A DNA stretch of 64,000 bases from Spirochaetota bacterium. Lineage in GTDB: Bacteria; Spirochaetota; Brevinematia; DTOW01. The notes beneath the pieces are model-generated. The model ran no database searches, had not been told where the DNA came from, and saw nothing but the letters and a program-made list of their open reading frames with translations. Both the position numbers and the translations under genes were made by a program. Location: NCBI GenBank assembly GCA_025061835.1, contig JANXAC010000001.1, positions 76,684 through 140,683 on the forward strand. The letters run 5' to 3'. Shown here one piece after another: positions 54,101 through 64,000 of this stretch. Position 1 is the stretch's first letter; each line of letters starts with the position of its first letter.

Positions 54101-54858
54101 TGGATAGTCTTGAAAGATGGATTTCTAATACCAAACCAACGATAGTTTATCTTACCGTTGGCTACCCTTCTTTTGAGGAGAGCGTTGAAATAGCAAGGTT
54201 TATAGTTAAAAACAAATTTGCTCAAATGATAGAGGCAGGTATCCCCTTCTCCGATCCGATTGCAGATGGTGAGGTTATACAATTCTCAACTCAAAAAGCA
54301 CTTGAGAATGGAATAAACATTAACCATATCGTGAAATTCATAAGCATCTTAAAATCTGAATTCAATATTCCTGTTTTTGCGATGGGATACTACAATCCAA
54401 TCTATGCAAATCTTGAAGCAAATCTTCAGAAATTATCATCCGTCGGTACCGATGGTCTCATAATACCTGACATAAATGTTGAGGAAGTAATTAGAATTAA
54501 TCCACTGTTAAAGAAGTATAACCTTAAGATAGTAGGTTTTGTTGCTCCTAATACCTCAAGAGATAGAATAAAGAAGATAGTTTCAAACTCAAGTGGTTTC
54601 ATATACCTAGTTAGTTCCTATGGAACTACAGGTATCAGAGAAAGATTGGATTTAAAACTTTTAGAAGAGGTTGTGAAGAATATAAAATCTTTCAAAAATA
54701 TACCTGTTGCTATTGGATTTGGTATAAGAGATATGAAGACTGCGAGGGAAGTAAAGAACTTTTGCGATGGAGCAATAATAGGAAGTGCTATAATTAAGAT
54801 TGTTGAAGAAAATCCAAAGAATTACATTGATAAGATTGAGGAGTTTTTTGGGTCATAA
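54100..54858 (+). CDS. trpA: tryptophan synthase alpha chain
   Basis: AGIPFSDPIADGEVIQ matches the TrpA motif GiPfSDPlADGp. TIM-barrel length. Start overlaps the rplU stop codon (TAATG). Confidence 0.7.
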   Translation: MDSLERWISNTKPTIVYLTVGYPSFEESVEIARFIVKNKFAQMIEAGIPFSDPIADGEVIQFSTQKALENGININHIVKFISILKSEFNIPVFAMGYYNPIYANLEANLQKLSSVGTDGLIIPDINVEEVIRINPLLKKYNLKIVGFVAPNTSRDRIKKIVSNSSGFIYLVSSYGTTGIRERLDLKLLEEVVKNIKSFKNIPVAIGFGIRDMKTAREVKNFCDGAIIGSAIIKIVEENPKNYIDKIEEFFGS

Positions 54859-54899
54859 GTATCATTTGACAAGCCATCCTCAGTATTTTGTAGATTTAA

Positions 54900-55649
54900 T
54901 TGAAATCTAGATGCCATCATAGTAAGAATAATCTTAAGGTGAAAACTGTTATTGAATTACTCAAAATCGCATATACCCTTGTTCTTTTACCAACAGTCAT
55001 TATTCTCACAATCGTTATAGGACTAACCGCTATTACTATTAGTTTTTTCTCCAAAAGGGTTGCACACTACTTTGAGAAGTTATACTTCAACTGCATACTA
55101 ACTGTCACTTTTACTAAAGTTAATGTTGAAGGTATTGAAAATATAGAGAATACAAAGAATTATGTTGTTATTTCTAACCATCAGAGTGCTTTTGATATTG
55201 TAACTTTATCTGCTAAACTGCCTTTGAGGATAGTGTGGGTTTCAAAAGAGTCTGTATTTAAGATACCAATCATAGGTCAGTTTATGAAGTCAATGGGTTA
55301 CATATCCATACCTAGAGAGAAAATAAGAGAGTCAATAAATGCAGTTAAAGAAGGTTCAAAGAAAATCAATGGTAGTCCTACGATATTTCCAGAAGGAACA
55401 AGGTCAAGCGATGGAAGACTTCAGAAGTTCAAAAAGGGATTTCTTATCATAGCAGAAAATACAGGGCTAGACATACTACCAGTGGTAATAAAGGGAACCA
55501 TAAACATTATGAGAAAGGGATCTCTAGTGGTTACTCCTTTCGTTAACGTCTCTCTCAAAATACTACCTCCTATAAGGAATGATTATGTCATCGGCAATCC
55601 TAACATACTTGAAGAATTGTATTCATTATACATCTCAAACTTGTCATAA
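54900..55649 (+). CDS. plsC: 1-acyl-sn-glycerol-3-phosphate acyltransferase
   Basis: Acyltransferase motifs NHQSAFD (HX4D) and FPEGTRS. Confidence 0.75.
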   Translation: MKSRCHHSKNNLKVKTVIELLKIAYTLVLLPTVIILTIVIGLTAITISFFSKRVAHYFEKLYFNCILTVTFTKVNVEGIENIENTKNYVVISNHQSAFDIVTLSAKLPLRIVWVSKESVFKIPIIGQFMKSMGYISIPREKIRESINAVKEGSKKINGSPTIFPEGTRSSDGRLQKFKKGFLIIAENTGLDILPVVIKGTINIMRKGSLVVTPFVNVSLKILPPIRNDYVIGNPNILEELYSLYISNLS

Positions 55650-55857
55650 AAGTTCCCAAAACTCAACATAAGTTAAACATTTACCAATTGACAAAAAGTT
55701 TAAACGGATAAATCGGATTACGAGTCCCTATCTACTTCCTACAATTATCTTATTATACCAAAATAAATTCTAGTTTCTTCCCTACTTCCCATGTGAAAAA
55801 CAGTAATTAAAATTTGTAGAGTGTTAATGGTTAATCTTAATTTCTCAAGTAACAAAA

Positions 55858-56805
55858 CTATGTTTCTATGAGTCTGGTTCCATAGTTATCCACAGACAGT
55901 ATCTGGATATCATAAGATGTTAGGTTATTGAGTTTTAAAAAATCTCTTAACTTCTCTATTTCACTAAACGACGGTTGAGAGTAAAACACACAACATATTG
56001 TAGGACCACTGCCAGATACGAAACTACCTATAAATCTTTCAGAGACTTCATTTTTGGACAATTTCAGAAGCTTCTCAAACCCTTTGTACAGGTTTGAGCG
56101 ATATGGTTGATGTAATCTATCATTAAGACCTACTGAAATCAGATCAGGATCATTGTTTATAAAACCTAGTATAAGACTAATAGCAGATCTTATGTTAGAT
56201 ATAACATCTTTTCTTTCATACTTTTCTGGTAATACGCTTCTTGCTGATTGTGTTGAAACATCAAATTCTGGTATAACGAAAACAAAGTGTAAATTTTCAG
56301 GGACACTAACCTTGTAATACTTCATGCTTCCATCTATACCAGATACTGTAAATCCTCCAACAACTGATGGTGTTATATTATCAGGATGACCTTCTATTTC
56401 AACACCTAGAGGAAGTATTATTCTTTCCTTAAAAGTGTTAAAATTTGAAAGTTCTTCTGTTAATAAACCTCTACTTAACAGATACACATAGCCTAGTGAT
56501 AGCCCCCCTATTATTGCTACCGAACTACTACCAAGTCCACGCTTTATCGGTATGTGATTCTTTATCCATATTCCTACTTTTGGAACATCCTGTTTAAATT
56601 CCTTAAGGACTCGTGAGAATGATGTAAAGACAGTATTTTTCGCTAAATCTTTGTCTATATCGTCTCTACCTATGTAGGTTATTTCATTGTTATTCTGTAA
56701 TGAAAAGTAGGAATATATGCTAACTGCCAGCCCAAATACATCAAAACCACTACCTACATTAGCACTACTACCGGGAACCATTACCTTACACCGGGAGATA
56801 TCCAT
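55858..56805 (-). CDS. thrB: homoserine kinase
   Basis: GHMP kinase motifs (PGSSANVGSGFD, GLGSSS). Confidence 0.75.
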   Translation of the reverse strand: MDISRCKVMVPGSSANVGSGFDVFGLAVSIYSYFSLQNNNEITYIGRDDIDKDLAKNTVFTSFSRVLKEFKQDVPKVGIWIKNHIPIKRGLGSSSVAIIGGLSLGYVYLLSRGLLTEELSNFNTFKERIILPLGVEIEGHPDNITPSVVGGFTVSGIDGSMKYYKVSVPENLHFVFVIPEFDVSTQSARSVLPEKYERKDVISNIRSAISLILGFINNDPDLISVGLNDRLHQPYRSNLYKGFEKLLKLSKNEVSERFIGSFVSGSGPTICCVFYSQPSFSEIEKLRDFLKLNNLTSYDIQILSVDNYGTRLIET

Positions 56806-56813
56806 AAAACACC

Positions 56814-58319
56814 CTAGAAGCTTTGTAGATTTGATAAAAACTCTTCGTTATTTTTAGTCTTTTGTAGGACTTCTGTTAGTTTTTGAATTATATCCTCATT
56901 TGAAAAGTCATTTAATGCTCTTCTGAGTAGCCACATTTTATTTAGAACATCCTCACGAAGTAGTAGTTCTTCTCTTCTAGTTCCTGAAAGTTTTAGGTCA
57001 ATAGCAGGGAATATTCTTTTGTTTGCCAGGTTTCTATCTAGATGTATTTCCATATTACCTGTTCCTTTAAACTCTTCATATATTACCTCATCCATCTTGC
57101 TACCAGTATCTATTAAAGCACTAGCTATGATCGTTAGACTACCACCTTCTTCTACCTTTCTAGCGGATCCAAAAAAGTGCTTAGGTTTGTAAAAAGCACC
57201 CACCTCAATACCGCCAGACATCACCCTACCTGATGGCGGAGTTATAAGGTTATATGCTCTTGTAAGACGAGTAAGACTATCAAGTAATATTACAACATCG
57301 TTGCCATCTTCAACTAGTCTTTTTGCTCTTTCTAAAACCATTTCCGCAACTATGCTATGTCTAAAAGGCTCTTCATCAAAAGTTGAACTTATTACTTGAA
57401 CTCCTCTTAAAGATCTCTTCCAATCTGTAACTTCTTCAGGTCTTTCGTCTATAAGAAGTATAAATATTATGACATCGGGGTGATTTTTCCTGATTGCTGT
57501 AGCAATCTTCTTTAGTATTGTTGTTTTCCCTGCTTTAGGCTGTGATACTATTATACCTCTTTGTCCCTTACCTATCGGAACGAATATATCTATTATTCTT
57601 GTATCAATATCCGTTTTTGAATATTCTAGGCTGAACTTTTCAGTTGGAAACATAGGTGTGAGTTTATCAAAAGACGGTCTTTTCTGCAAATTCCCCGTAA
57701 ATTCCTTTCCATTTACCTTCAAAACTTTCAACAATCCGAAATACTTCTCATTATCTCTTAACGGTGCTCTTATAGTTCCAAACACTTCATCACCTGTTCT
57801 TAACCCAAGAGACCTAATTTGAGTTTGAGAGACATATATATCTCCAGCACCTGCTAGATAGTTGTGTTCTTCTGACCTGAGAAACCCATAACCCTGATTT
57901 TGGTCGTTAAGTATCTGTAATACTCCTCGCGCATAAACTACACCACCCATCTTGTTATGATTATCTACTACCTTAAAAAGTAGGTCCAGCTTGTTCCTAT
58001 AGGATGGAGATTTTACATCATACACCTTGTCAAGTAATTCCAATATTTCATCTATTTGTTTCTCTTTCAGTTCTTCAAGAAATATTTCATACATGCTACT
58101 TGGTAGAGACTTTTTCGTTTCCCTTTTAACGCTAATGTCATCCTTTGGACTTTCAGATCCTATCTCATCTTTTAACGAATTCAGAGTTTCCTTTATATCA
58201 TCAGATGGAATACTCTTTTGTTCTTCATCAGGATAATATGAACTATCAGTTGTAGATTGTTGTATCTCTTTATTAGAAGAATCATCCAATTGAACTTCAA
58301 AATTCTCTGACATAAACAA
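56814..58319 (-). CDS. rho: transcription termination factor Rho (with about 90-aa acidic N-terminal extension)
   Basis: RNA-binding OB domain ([17 protein letters not shown]), Walker A (SQPKAGKTT) and Q/R loops. Confidence 0.9.
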   Translation of the reverse strand: MFMSENFEVQLDDSSNKEIQQSTTDSSYYPDEEQKSIPSDDIKETLNSLKDEIGSESPKDDISVKRETKKSLPSSMYEIFLEELKEKQIDEILELLDKVYDVKSPSYRNKLDLLFKVVDNHNKMGGVVYARGVLQILNDQNQGYGFLRSEEHNYLAGAGDIYVSQTQIRSLGLRTGDEVFGTIRAPLRDNEKYFGLLKVLKVNGKEFTGNLQKRPSFDKLTPMFPTEKFSLEYSKTDIDTRIIDIFVPIGKGQRGIIVSQPKAGKTTILKKIATAIRKNHPDVIIFILLIDERPEEVTDWKRSLRGVQVISSTFDEEPFRHSIVAEMVLERAKRLVEDGNDVVILLDSLTRLTRAYNLITPPSGRVMSGGIEVGAFYKPKHFFGSARKVEEGGSLTIIASALIDTGSKMDEVIYEEFKGTGNMEIHLDRNLANKRIFPAIDLKLSGTRREELLLREDVLNKMWLLRRALNDFSNEDIIQKLTEVLQKTKNNEEFLSNLQSF

Positions 58320-58742
58320 ACCTCTCTGTATTGCTAAAAGAATTAAGAAATACTTAAAAATCGTTTAAAGAAGTTTCAAATCACTTATCAGTATTTTGAA
58401 CGATAGATCTGTAGATATCAAGAAAACTGATCTGTTCTCAATAAATTCCAAAATTTGAATGTTACAAAGATTTATCAATACTTTTAGTGTCCATACCTTC
58501 TCTACCAAATGATTAGAAACCTACTTTCACAAGCGTATAACCTACTACTATGGAGGTAAGTTCCTCAAAATATTTAACTTAAACAACGATGCGCTCAAAA
58601 ATAGATACAATAGCGACTGAAAGATGAAAATCATAGATTTCTACTAGAAAGATATTGATTATATTCGGCTAGACTCACTCCAGCATAGTTTGAAAGATTT
58701 TAGAGAATCTGTTAAAATAATCTAACTCACAAGGAGTTTCGG

Positions 58743-60653
58743 ATGGAATCTCCGATAGAGGAATATGGTGTAATAGTGGTAGGAGGGGGGCATGCTGGAA
58801 TTGAGGCATCCCTCGCGAGCGCAAGAATGGGCGTTCCTACGTTGCTTCTTACATTGAACATTGACACAATAGGTCAGATGTCCTGTAATCCATCAATAGG
58901 TGGAACTGCGAAAGGACATCTTGTTAGAGAAATTGATGCTCTTGGTGGTGAGATGGGCAAAGCCGCAGATCAAAACGGTATTCAGTTTAGAATCCTTAAC
59001 GACTCGCGAGGTCCAGCAGTGAAGTCATCAAGAGCACAAATAGACAAATACCAATACCGAGACTATATGAGAAGAGTGGTTTTCTCTCAGGCAAATCTAA
59101 CAGTAAAGCAAGGTAGTGTAAAAAGACTAGTATTGGAAGGTAGAAAAGTAATAGGAATAGAGACAATCTTTGGTCAAATCATATATGGTAAGGTTGTTGT
59201 TATTACTCCTGGAACTTTCATGAGAGGCATGTTATTCGTAGGTAAAAATACTACACCAGGTGGCAGAATGGGCGAGAATCCCGTTAGTGAATTGTCTGAA
59301 CAGTTTATATCTTTAGGATTTAAGGTTGGTAGATTTAAAACAGGAACACCACCAAGACTTGATGGAAGGACTATTGACTTTTCCGTTATGGAGATACAGA
59401 AAACAGATCCAAATTTTAAACCCTTTTCCATATGGACCGACAGAAAGAACTTCCCGATCCTACCCCAAAGAGATGTGTATATAACTTATACTAACTCATT
59501 GACACATGAAATAATAAAGTCAAATTTACACACATCACCTCTCTACAGCGGTATGATAAAAGGAACAGGAGTTAGATACTGTCCCTCAATAGAAGACAAG
59601 ATTGTGAAATTTCCTAACAGAGACAGACACCATGTTTTCATAGAACCTGAGAGCCTAATGTTTGATGAATGGTATCCCAACGGTATATCAACAAGTCTGT
59701 CTTTTGATACGCAACTCAAGTTTGTCAGAACAATAAAAGGGCTTGAAAACGTAAAGATAACCAGATATGGATATGCTGTAGAACACGACTATGTTGAACC
59801 AACCCAATTATATCCAACACTTGAGACAAAGATTGTTGAGAACCTGTTTTTGGCGGGGCAGATAAACGGAACAACTGGATACGAAGAGGCAGCATCTCAA
59901 GGAATACTAGCAGGTATAAATGCCGCACTCAAAGCAAAAGGCAAAGAACCAATAGTATTGAGTAGAACTGAAAGTTATATTGGGGTTCTGGTAGATGACT
60001 TAACTACAAAAGGTACGAATGAACCATATAGGATGTTCACATCCAGGTCGGAATACCGATTACTCCTCAGAGAGGATAACACCGTATTTAGATTATCCAG
60101 AATAGGCTACGAAGTAGGACTACTACCAAAAGATATGTGGGAGAATATTGAGTATAAAATCAAAACTATTAAGAATGTATTACAAAGGCTTTCAGAAGAC
60201 TATATCACTCCTTCAAAAGAAACTAATGACAAACTAATAAGTCTAAACCTACAGCCTATAACAAAACCAATGACGCTTGAAGAGATGTTAAGAAAAGATG
60301 GGTTCAAATGGGAATATATCTACGAGTTTTCAGATAATATACCATACAACTTACCAGACGAAATTATAGAACACATACAAATAGAAGTGAAATACAAAGG
60401 ATACATAAGTAGAGAACTAAAAGCAGTTAAGAAGTTATCAAAACTTGAGAATGTTAGGATACCAGATGGGTTTGATTACTCAAGTGTTAAGTCACTATCA
60501 AGAGAAATCATTGAAAAACTATCAAAATTTAAACCATACAACCTTGCTCAGGCATCAAAGATATCAGGTATAACACCAGCAGCAATATTAACTATAATGA
60601 GCTACCTTGATAAAAGATATAACAAAAACAAGCAAGTAGATAACCAAAAATAG
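58743..60653 (+). CDS. mnmG: tRNA uridine 5-carboxymethylaminomethyl modification enzyme MnmG
   Basis: FAD-binding GGGHAG and conserved MnmG/GidA blocks throughout. Confidence 0.9.
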   Translation: MESPIEEYGVIVVGGGHAGIEASLASARMGVPTLLLTLNIDTIGQMSCNPSIGGTAKGHLVREIDALGGEMGKAADQNGIQFRILNDSRGPAVKSSRAQIDKYQYRDYMRRVVFSQANLTVKQGSVKRLVLEGRKVIGIETIFGQIIYGKVVVITPGTFMRGMLFVGKNTTPGGRMGENPVSELSEQFISLGFKVGRFKTGTPPRLDGRTIDFSVMEIQKTDPNFKPFSIWTDRKNFPILPQRDVYITYTNSLTHEIIKSNLHTSPLYSGMIKGTGVRYCPSIEDKIVKFPNRDRHHVFIEPESLMFDEWYPNGISTSLSFDTQLKFVRTIKGLENVKITRYGYAVEHDYVEPTQLYPTLETKIVENLFLAGQINGTTGYEEAASQGILAGINAALKAKGKEPIVLSRTESYIGVLVDDLTTKGTNEPYRMFTSRSEYRLLLREDNTVFRLSRIGYEVGLLPKDMWENIEYKIKTIKNVLQRLSEDYITPSKETNDKLISLNLQPITKPMTLEEMLRKDGFKWEYIYEFSDNIPYNLPDEIIEHIQIEVKYKGYISRELKAVKKLSKLENVRIPDGFDYSSVKSLSREIIEKLSKFKPYNLAQASKISGITPAAILTIMSYLDKRYNKNKQVDNQK

Positions 60654-60798
60654 ATATTTCTTATATAACACAAAATTATTCAATCTTCGCAAAAGATATG
60701 TACATCCACAAAAATACATCAGATTTCTTGAAATGAATATATCAAAGTAAGTGATTTGGTTGCTTTAAGTTTAAATAGAACTTACGAATATTTATAAT

Positions 60799-61533
60799 AT
60801 GAAAACGACTATGGATAGTGAATTATTATATAAAAACTCAAATGTTCCTAAGGTCCAAAAGGCTTTTGAGTTATTCAAGAACAAGAAATTCAAAGAGGCA
60901 CTTGAAATATTTAGGGATCTTTATTCAAAAAACAGCACCAACTATGAGTATAATTACTATCTAGGTCTAACCTATGCAAACTTAGGGTATTTTGATGTCG
61001 CACTTAATCATCTATTGTATGCTTCAAAAACGAATAAGAATTACTACATATCAATCCATTCAAACATGATATGTGGCTATATTTACACACTTAGGGAGGA
61101 ATATAAGTTAGCAGAAAACTGTTTTAGAGAGGTTCTAAAGATAAACTCTCAAAGTATTTCTGCGTTAGTTGCTATCGCTTATGTTTTTGAGAAGACAAAT
61201 AGGTATGATCAAAGTATCATCTACTTAAAGAGAGCACTGGAGATAGATCCAGACAATCCAAGAGTCTTGAATGCCCTAGCATATGTCTATGCAGAAAGGG
61301 AGATAAACCTGTCTGATGCAGTTAGATTGGCAAGAAAGGCAGTATCTCATCAACCTGATAGTCCGGAAATCAGAGACACACTGGCATGGGCTTACTACAA
61401 GAAAGGAGAGTATATTCAGGCGATGAATGAAATTAAGAAAGCGATGGAACTACTACCAAACAATGAAGAAATTTTGAAACACTATAAAGAAATCTCTTCT
61501 AAGTTAGAAGAGATTAAGTCAAGAACTAAGTAA
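60799..61533 (+). CDS. TPR repeat protein
   Basis: 244 aa of 34-aa TPR-like repeats (ALNALAYVYAE, LAWAYYKKGEY). Confidence 0.65.
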   Translation: MKTTMDSELLYKNSNVPKVQKAFELFKNKKFKEALEIFRDLYSKNSTNYEYNYYLGLTYANLGYFDVALNHLLYASKTNKNYYISIHSNMICGYIYTLREEYKLAENCFREVLKINSQSISALVAIAYVFEKTNRYDQSIIYLKRALEIDPDNPRVLNALAYVYAEREINLSDAVRLARKAVSHQPDSPEIRDTLAWAYYKKGEYIQAMNEIKKAMELLPNNEEILKHYKEISSKLEEIKSRTK

Positions 61534-61536
61534 AAA

Positions 61537-62187
61537 TCATCTTGGGAAAACCTTTAACCATTCTTCCATAGCATTCATAACAGGAATTATCGTGTATCTG
61601 CTTATCAGCAAGGCTAAAACTACTGTGATTATTATGAATAAAGGGTAGTATTTTGATATAACTATTGAAGATATTTTATCTCTCAAACTACTCGGTAAAA
61701 GATTTAGAAGTATCCAAAATCCATCAAGAGGTGGAAGTGGTATCAGATTGAAACTACCTAGAACGAAATTTATAGCAAGAATATACCAAAGTATTACTTT
61801 GAATATGAATAGCCACATCGCCCCTTCAGTATTGTGCCCTATCAGAAGTATTAGAACCATGGATATGAGCATTAGAGAGTAATTACTAACAGGTCCTGCT
61901 ATCGCTGTTGCTATCCAACCGAGTCTCTTATTATGATAGTTATCAGGATTAATTGGAACTGGTCTAGCCCAACCTATTATAAAACCAGTATTTAAAACAA
62001 CCAGAAAGATTGGTAGAAATATGCTTCCAACAGGGTCTAAATGCTTAATTGGATTGAGTGTTAGTCTCCCTTCGTCTTTAGCCGTAGTATCACCAAAGGC
62101 GTAAGATACTCTACCATGAGCATATTCATGAATAACAACAGAGATTATTAGTATAAATATTGCTACGGCTGTAAGTATATACTCCAC
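61537..62187 (-). CDS. M50-family (site-2 protease-like) membrane metallopeptidase
   Basis: HEYAHG (HExxH) in the first transmembrane segment and a downstream LDG motif. Polytopic membrane protein. Confidence 0.65.
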   Translation of the reverse strand: MEYILTAVAIFILIISVVIHEYAHGRVSYAFGDTTAKDEGRLTLNPIKHLDPVGSIFLPIFLVVLNTGFIIGWARPVPINPDNYHNKRLGWIATAIAGPVSNYSLMLISMVLILLIGHNTEGAMWLFIFKVILWYILAINFVLGSFNLIPLPPLDGFWILLNLLPSSLRDKISSIVISKYYPLFIIITVVLALLISRYTIIPVMNAMEEWLKVFPR

Positions 62188-62188
62188 T

Positions 62189-62455
62189 TTACTTTCTCAG
62201 TCCCAGTCTTCTTACAAGAACATTATACCTTTCAGGGTAGTTTTCTTTTAGGTAGTTTAGTAATCTTCTTCTTCTACCTACTATCTTTAGTAAGCCTCTT
62301 CTTGAATTTTTATCTTTTCTAAATTTCTTGAAATGCTCATTCAACGCTTCTATCCTTGCTGTCATAAGAGCAATCTGAACTTCCGGAGAACCAGTATCAC
62401 CCTCGTATAACCTGTATGACTCAATTATTTTTTTCTTCACATCCTTTGATAACAT
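62189..62455 (-). CDS. rpsO: 30S ribosomal protein S15
   Basis: 88 aa with S15 motifs ([39 protein letters not shown]). Confidence 0.85.
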   Translation of the reverse strand: MLSKDVKKKIIESYRLYEGDTGSPEVQIALMTARIEALNEHFKKFRKDKNSRRGLLKIVGRRRRLLNYLKENYPERYNVLVRRLGLRK

Positions 62456-62720
62456 ACAAACAATACCTCTTTGGTTTCCAAAATTATGAAAAATTTAACT
62501 ACGTTTTATCAACTTGAAAAGGAGTCTATCAAACTTTATTAAACTCTAAACAAAATTACTGAACATTGCGCAAAAAACTTTAGACCTTACTGAACATACT
62601 CACATTCAATTGAAAGTAGAATGATTATTTTTAATAATTAGTGTTGTATGTTAGCGTTATCATTCTACTACCTATCAAAATTAAACGATAATTTACATAA
62701 GTGCCCCTAGGAGGTTAAAG

Positions 62721-64000
62721 ATGAACTTGGAGATTGCAGACTTTTTTCACATAACCAAAATATTTATATCTCTGCTAATGATGATATTCATGATACTTGA
62801 ATTCCAAAGGAATAAAAATAAGGAGTTTCTAATCCTGAGCATAATATTCGGTTTTTTTCTATTCAAAGAGATAACATATATACTCATCAACATCTACGGA
62901 TCCTTCTACACGACTACCAAGAACCCTATTACAGGAGAAATAACGAGAGAACTAGCCAACAAAAATTTGTTTGAGTTTAGGTTCTTTATATGGCACATAC
63001 TTGAGATCATTTTTGTCATATTAGTAACCTATCCATTCCTATTCTTGATAGGTTCTCTAAAAAAGAATGGTAATATTCCTAATTTTATAACTCTTGGTAT
63101 AAATATCGCTTTTGTAATAGGACTTGTTGTAGTAGTGCTTATTTTTATTGACAAACCTGTATCTGCTATCATTGGTATTGGTAACAATGATACACAAGTT
63201 GTATTCAGAAACAACATCGTTAGTTTCATAATAAGTAGTTGGTGGATATATGGTTTGTGGAAGATAGCGCTAATAATATATGCTATTATTCCTGTTGCTA
63301 GGATATACGGATACACAGCACAAATGTTACCTCATCTTTATGTTTCAAAAATATTCTACATAATATCTCTGTCAATATTCGGGCTTCTCTACCTGTTCTC
63401 ATCAATAGTCTTTATACAGGCAACTAAGGGAATAGGATATGAATTAATGGAAATAGTAGGATTTGTATTCTTAGCAGTCACCGCTTATAAGATATTTAGA
63501 GCTGATGTTATGGATATGGACTTTAGAATACAAGACCTAGAGAAAGAAAAATCACTAATCATAGAACTTATGCGAGAAATAGGAGATACCTTATCTGTTG
63601 AGTTAGAAATGGATAAAATATTGTCAAAGATAGTAGATGCAGCTATAGAAGGAACATCATCAAAGGCTGCTGCCATACTACTTAGAGATTCAACAGGAGA
63701 GACACTTAGTGTTAGATATGTAAAAGGTCTTTTCCCTCCTGTCAAACCTATCAGAGTTGATCAATCAGTCGTTTTAAAGGAAAGTCAGATCGTTGATATA
63801 TTCAAGTCCACTAAAATCTCCATCGGCGAGACCTATATAGGGTTACCTGCTAGCACTGGAGAAACTTTATTCATAAAAGATGCAGAAGAAGACCCGAGAG
63901 TCCTGCAAACAGCAAAAGGAATAGCAGACATAAAGTCTGTAATAGTAACACCTCTAAAGATACAGAATAATATTATGGGAGTTCTTGCAGTGCTTAATAA
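62721..64000 (+). CDS. polytopic membrane sensor protein with cytoplasmic GAF domain, 3'-truncated by window end
   Basis: Open frame from ATG 62721 to the window end (at least 426 codons, checked by hand). Preceded by the Shine-Dalgarno AGGAGG. Missing from the ORF track because no stop lies in the window. Six or more transmembrane helices, then a GAF-like region (DKILSKIVDAAIEGTSS...VIVTPLKIQNNIMGVLAV). Confidence 0.6.
   Translation, partial: MNLEIADFFHITKIFISLLMMIFMILEFQRNKNKEFLILSIIFGFFLFKEITYILINIYGSFYTTTKNPITGEITRELANKNLFEFRFFIWHILEIIFVILVTYPFLFLIGSLKKNGNIPNFITLGINIAFVIGLVVVVLIFIDKPVSAIIGIGNNDTQVVFRNNIVSFIISSWWIYGLWKIALIIYAIIPVARIYGYTAQMLPHLYVSKIFYIISLSIFGLLYLFSSIVFIQATKGIGYELMEIVGFVFLAVTAYKIFRADVMDMDFRIQDLEKEKSLIIELMREIGDTLSVELEMDKILSKIVDAAIEGTSSKAAAILLRDSTGETLSVRYVKGLFPPVKPIRVDQSVVLKESQIVDIFKSTKISIGETYIGLPASTGETLFIKDAEEDPRVLQTAKGIADIKSVIVTPLKIQNNIMGVLAVLN

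Noticed and set aside
63029-63745. Minus-strand ORFs 63029..63316 and 63485..63745.
   Set aside because: They are antisense to the long, RBS-supported plus-strand membrane-GAF reading frame starting at 62721.

Overview
The window is 64 kb of AT-rich (coding regions roughly 30% GC by eye) chromosomal sequence from a diderm, flagellated bacterium. It is densely packed with housekeeping genes on both strands. I can support about 60 CDS, one complete rRNA operon and five tRNAs.

Part 1, describe:
- rRNA operon, minus strand: 16S, tRNA-Ile(GAU), tRNA-Ala(UGC), 23S, 5S, at about 13.16 to 18.12 kb. The rRNA is much more GC-rich than the surrounding genome, and both large rRNAs keep their flanking processing stems.
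- tRNAs: tRNA-Trp and tRNA-Leu(UAA) lie immediately upstream of secE-nusG. An initiator tRNA-fMet sits at about 23.9 kb.
- Recognisable core genes: hypF, rpiA, nusG, secE, nfi, smc, rplY/ctc, pth, tyrA, a sigma-70 family factor, nadE, an NrnA-like DHH phosphoesterase, rbfA, fabD, flgG, dnaG, hisH, galE, trpS, tig, rplU, trpA, plsC, thrB, rho, mnmG and rpsO.
- Other recognisable genes: a sigma-54 activator, a CorC/CNNM transporter, alkaline phosphatase, a TerC-family protein, a sensor histidine kinase, a metallo-beta-lactamase-fold hydrolase, an M50 peptidase, a LysM/M23 peptidase, and a giant TamB/AsmA-like envelope protein.
- Not found: transposases, integrases, CRISPR arrays or recognisable defence genes. 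This is a core region, not an obvious island.

Part 2, hunt. The things most worth a second look are:
- The 16S rRNA differs from universal/bacterial consensus at four normally invariant primer sites (27F, the 515F/530 loop, 926 and 1392). This suggests a deep-branching or candidate lineage that standard amplicons would under-detect.
- An overlapping minus-strand cassette encodes a BCCP-like biotinyl-domain protein whose biotinylatable lysine is replaced (EAMKM reads EVLGV). It is followed by an orphan membrane histidine kinase and a TerC protein.
- Several partner-switching parts (two STAS proteins, one GAF-GAF-PP2C phosphatase, one membrane GAF sensor) have no anti-sigma kinase or alternative sigma factor in view.
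- Several small operons of secreted or outer-membrane proteins of unknown function sit next to hypF, next to a metallo-beta-lactamase hydrolase and next to the rRNA operon.
- flgG is isolated from other flagellar genes and co-transcribed with a LysM-M23 peptidase.

All calls rest on reading motifs in the supplied translations. I ran no database search.
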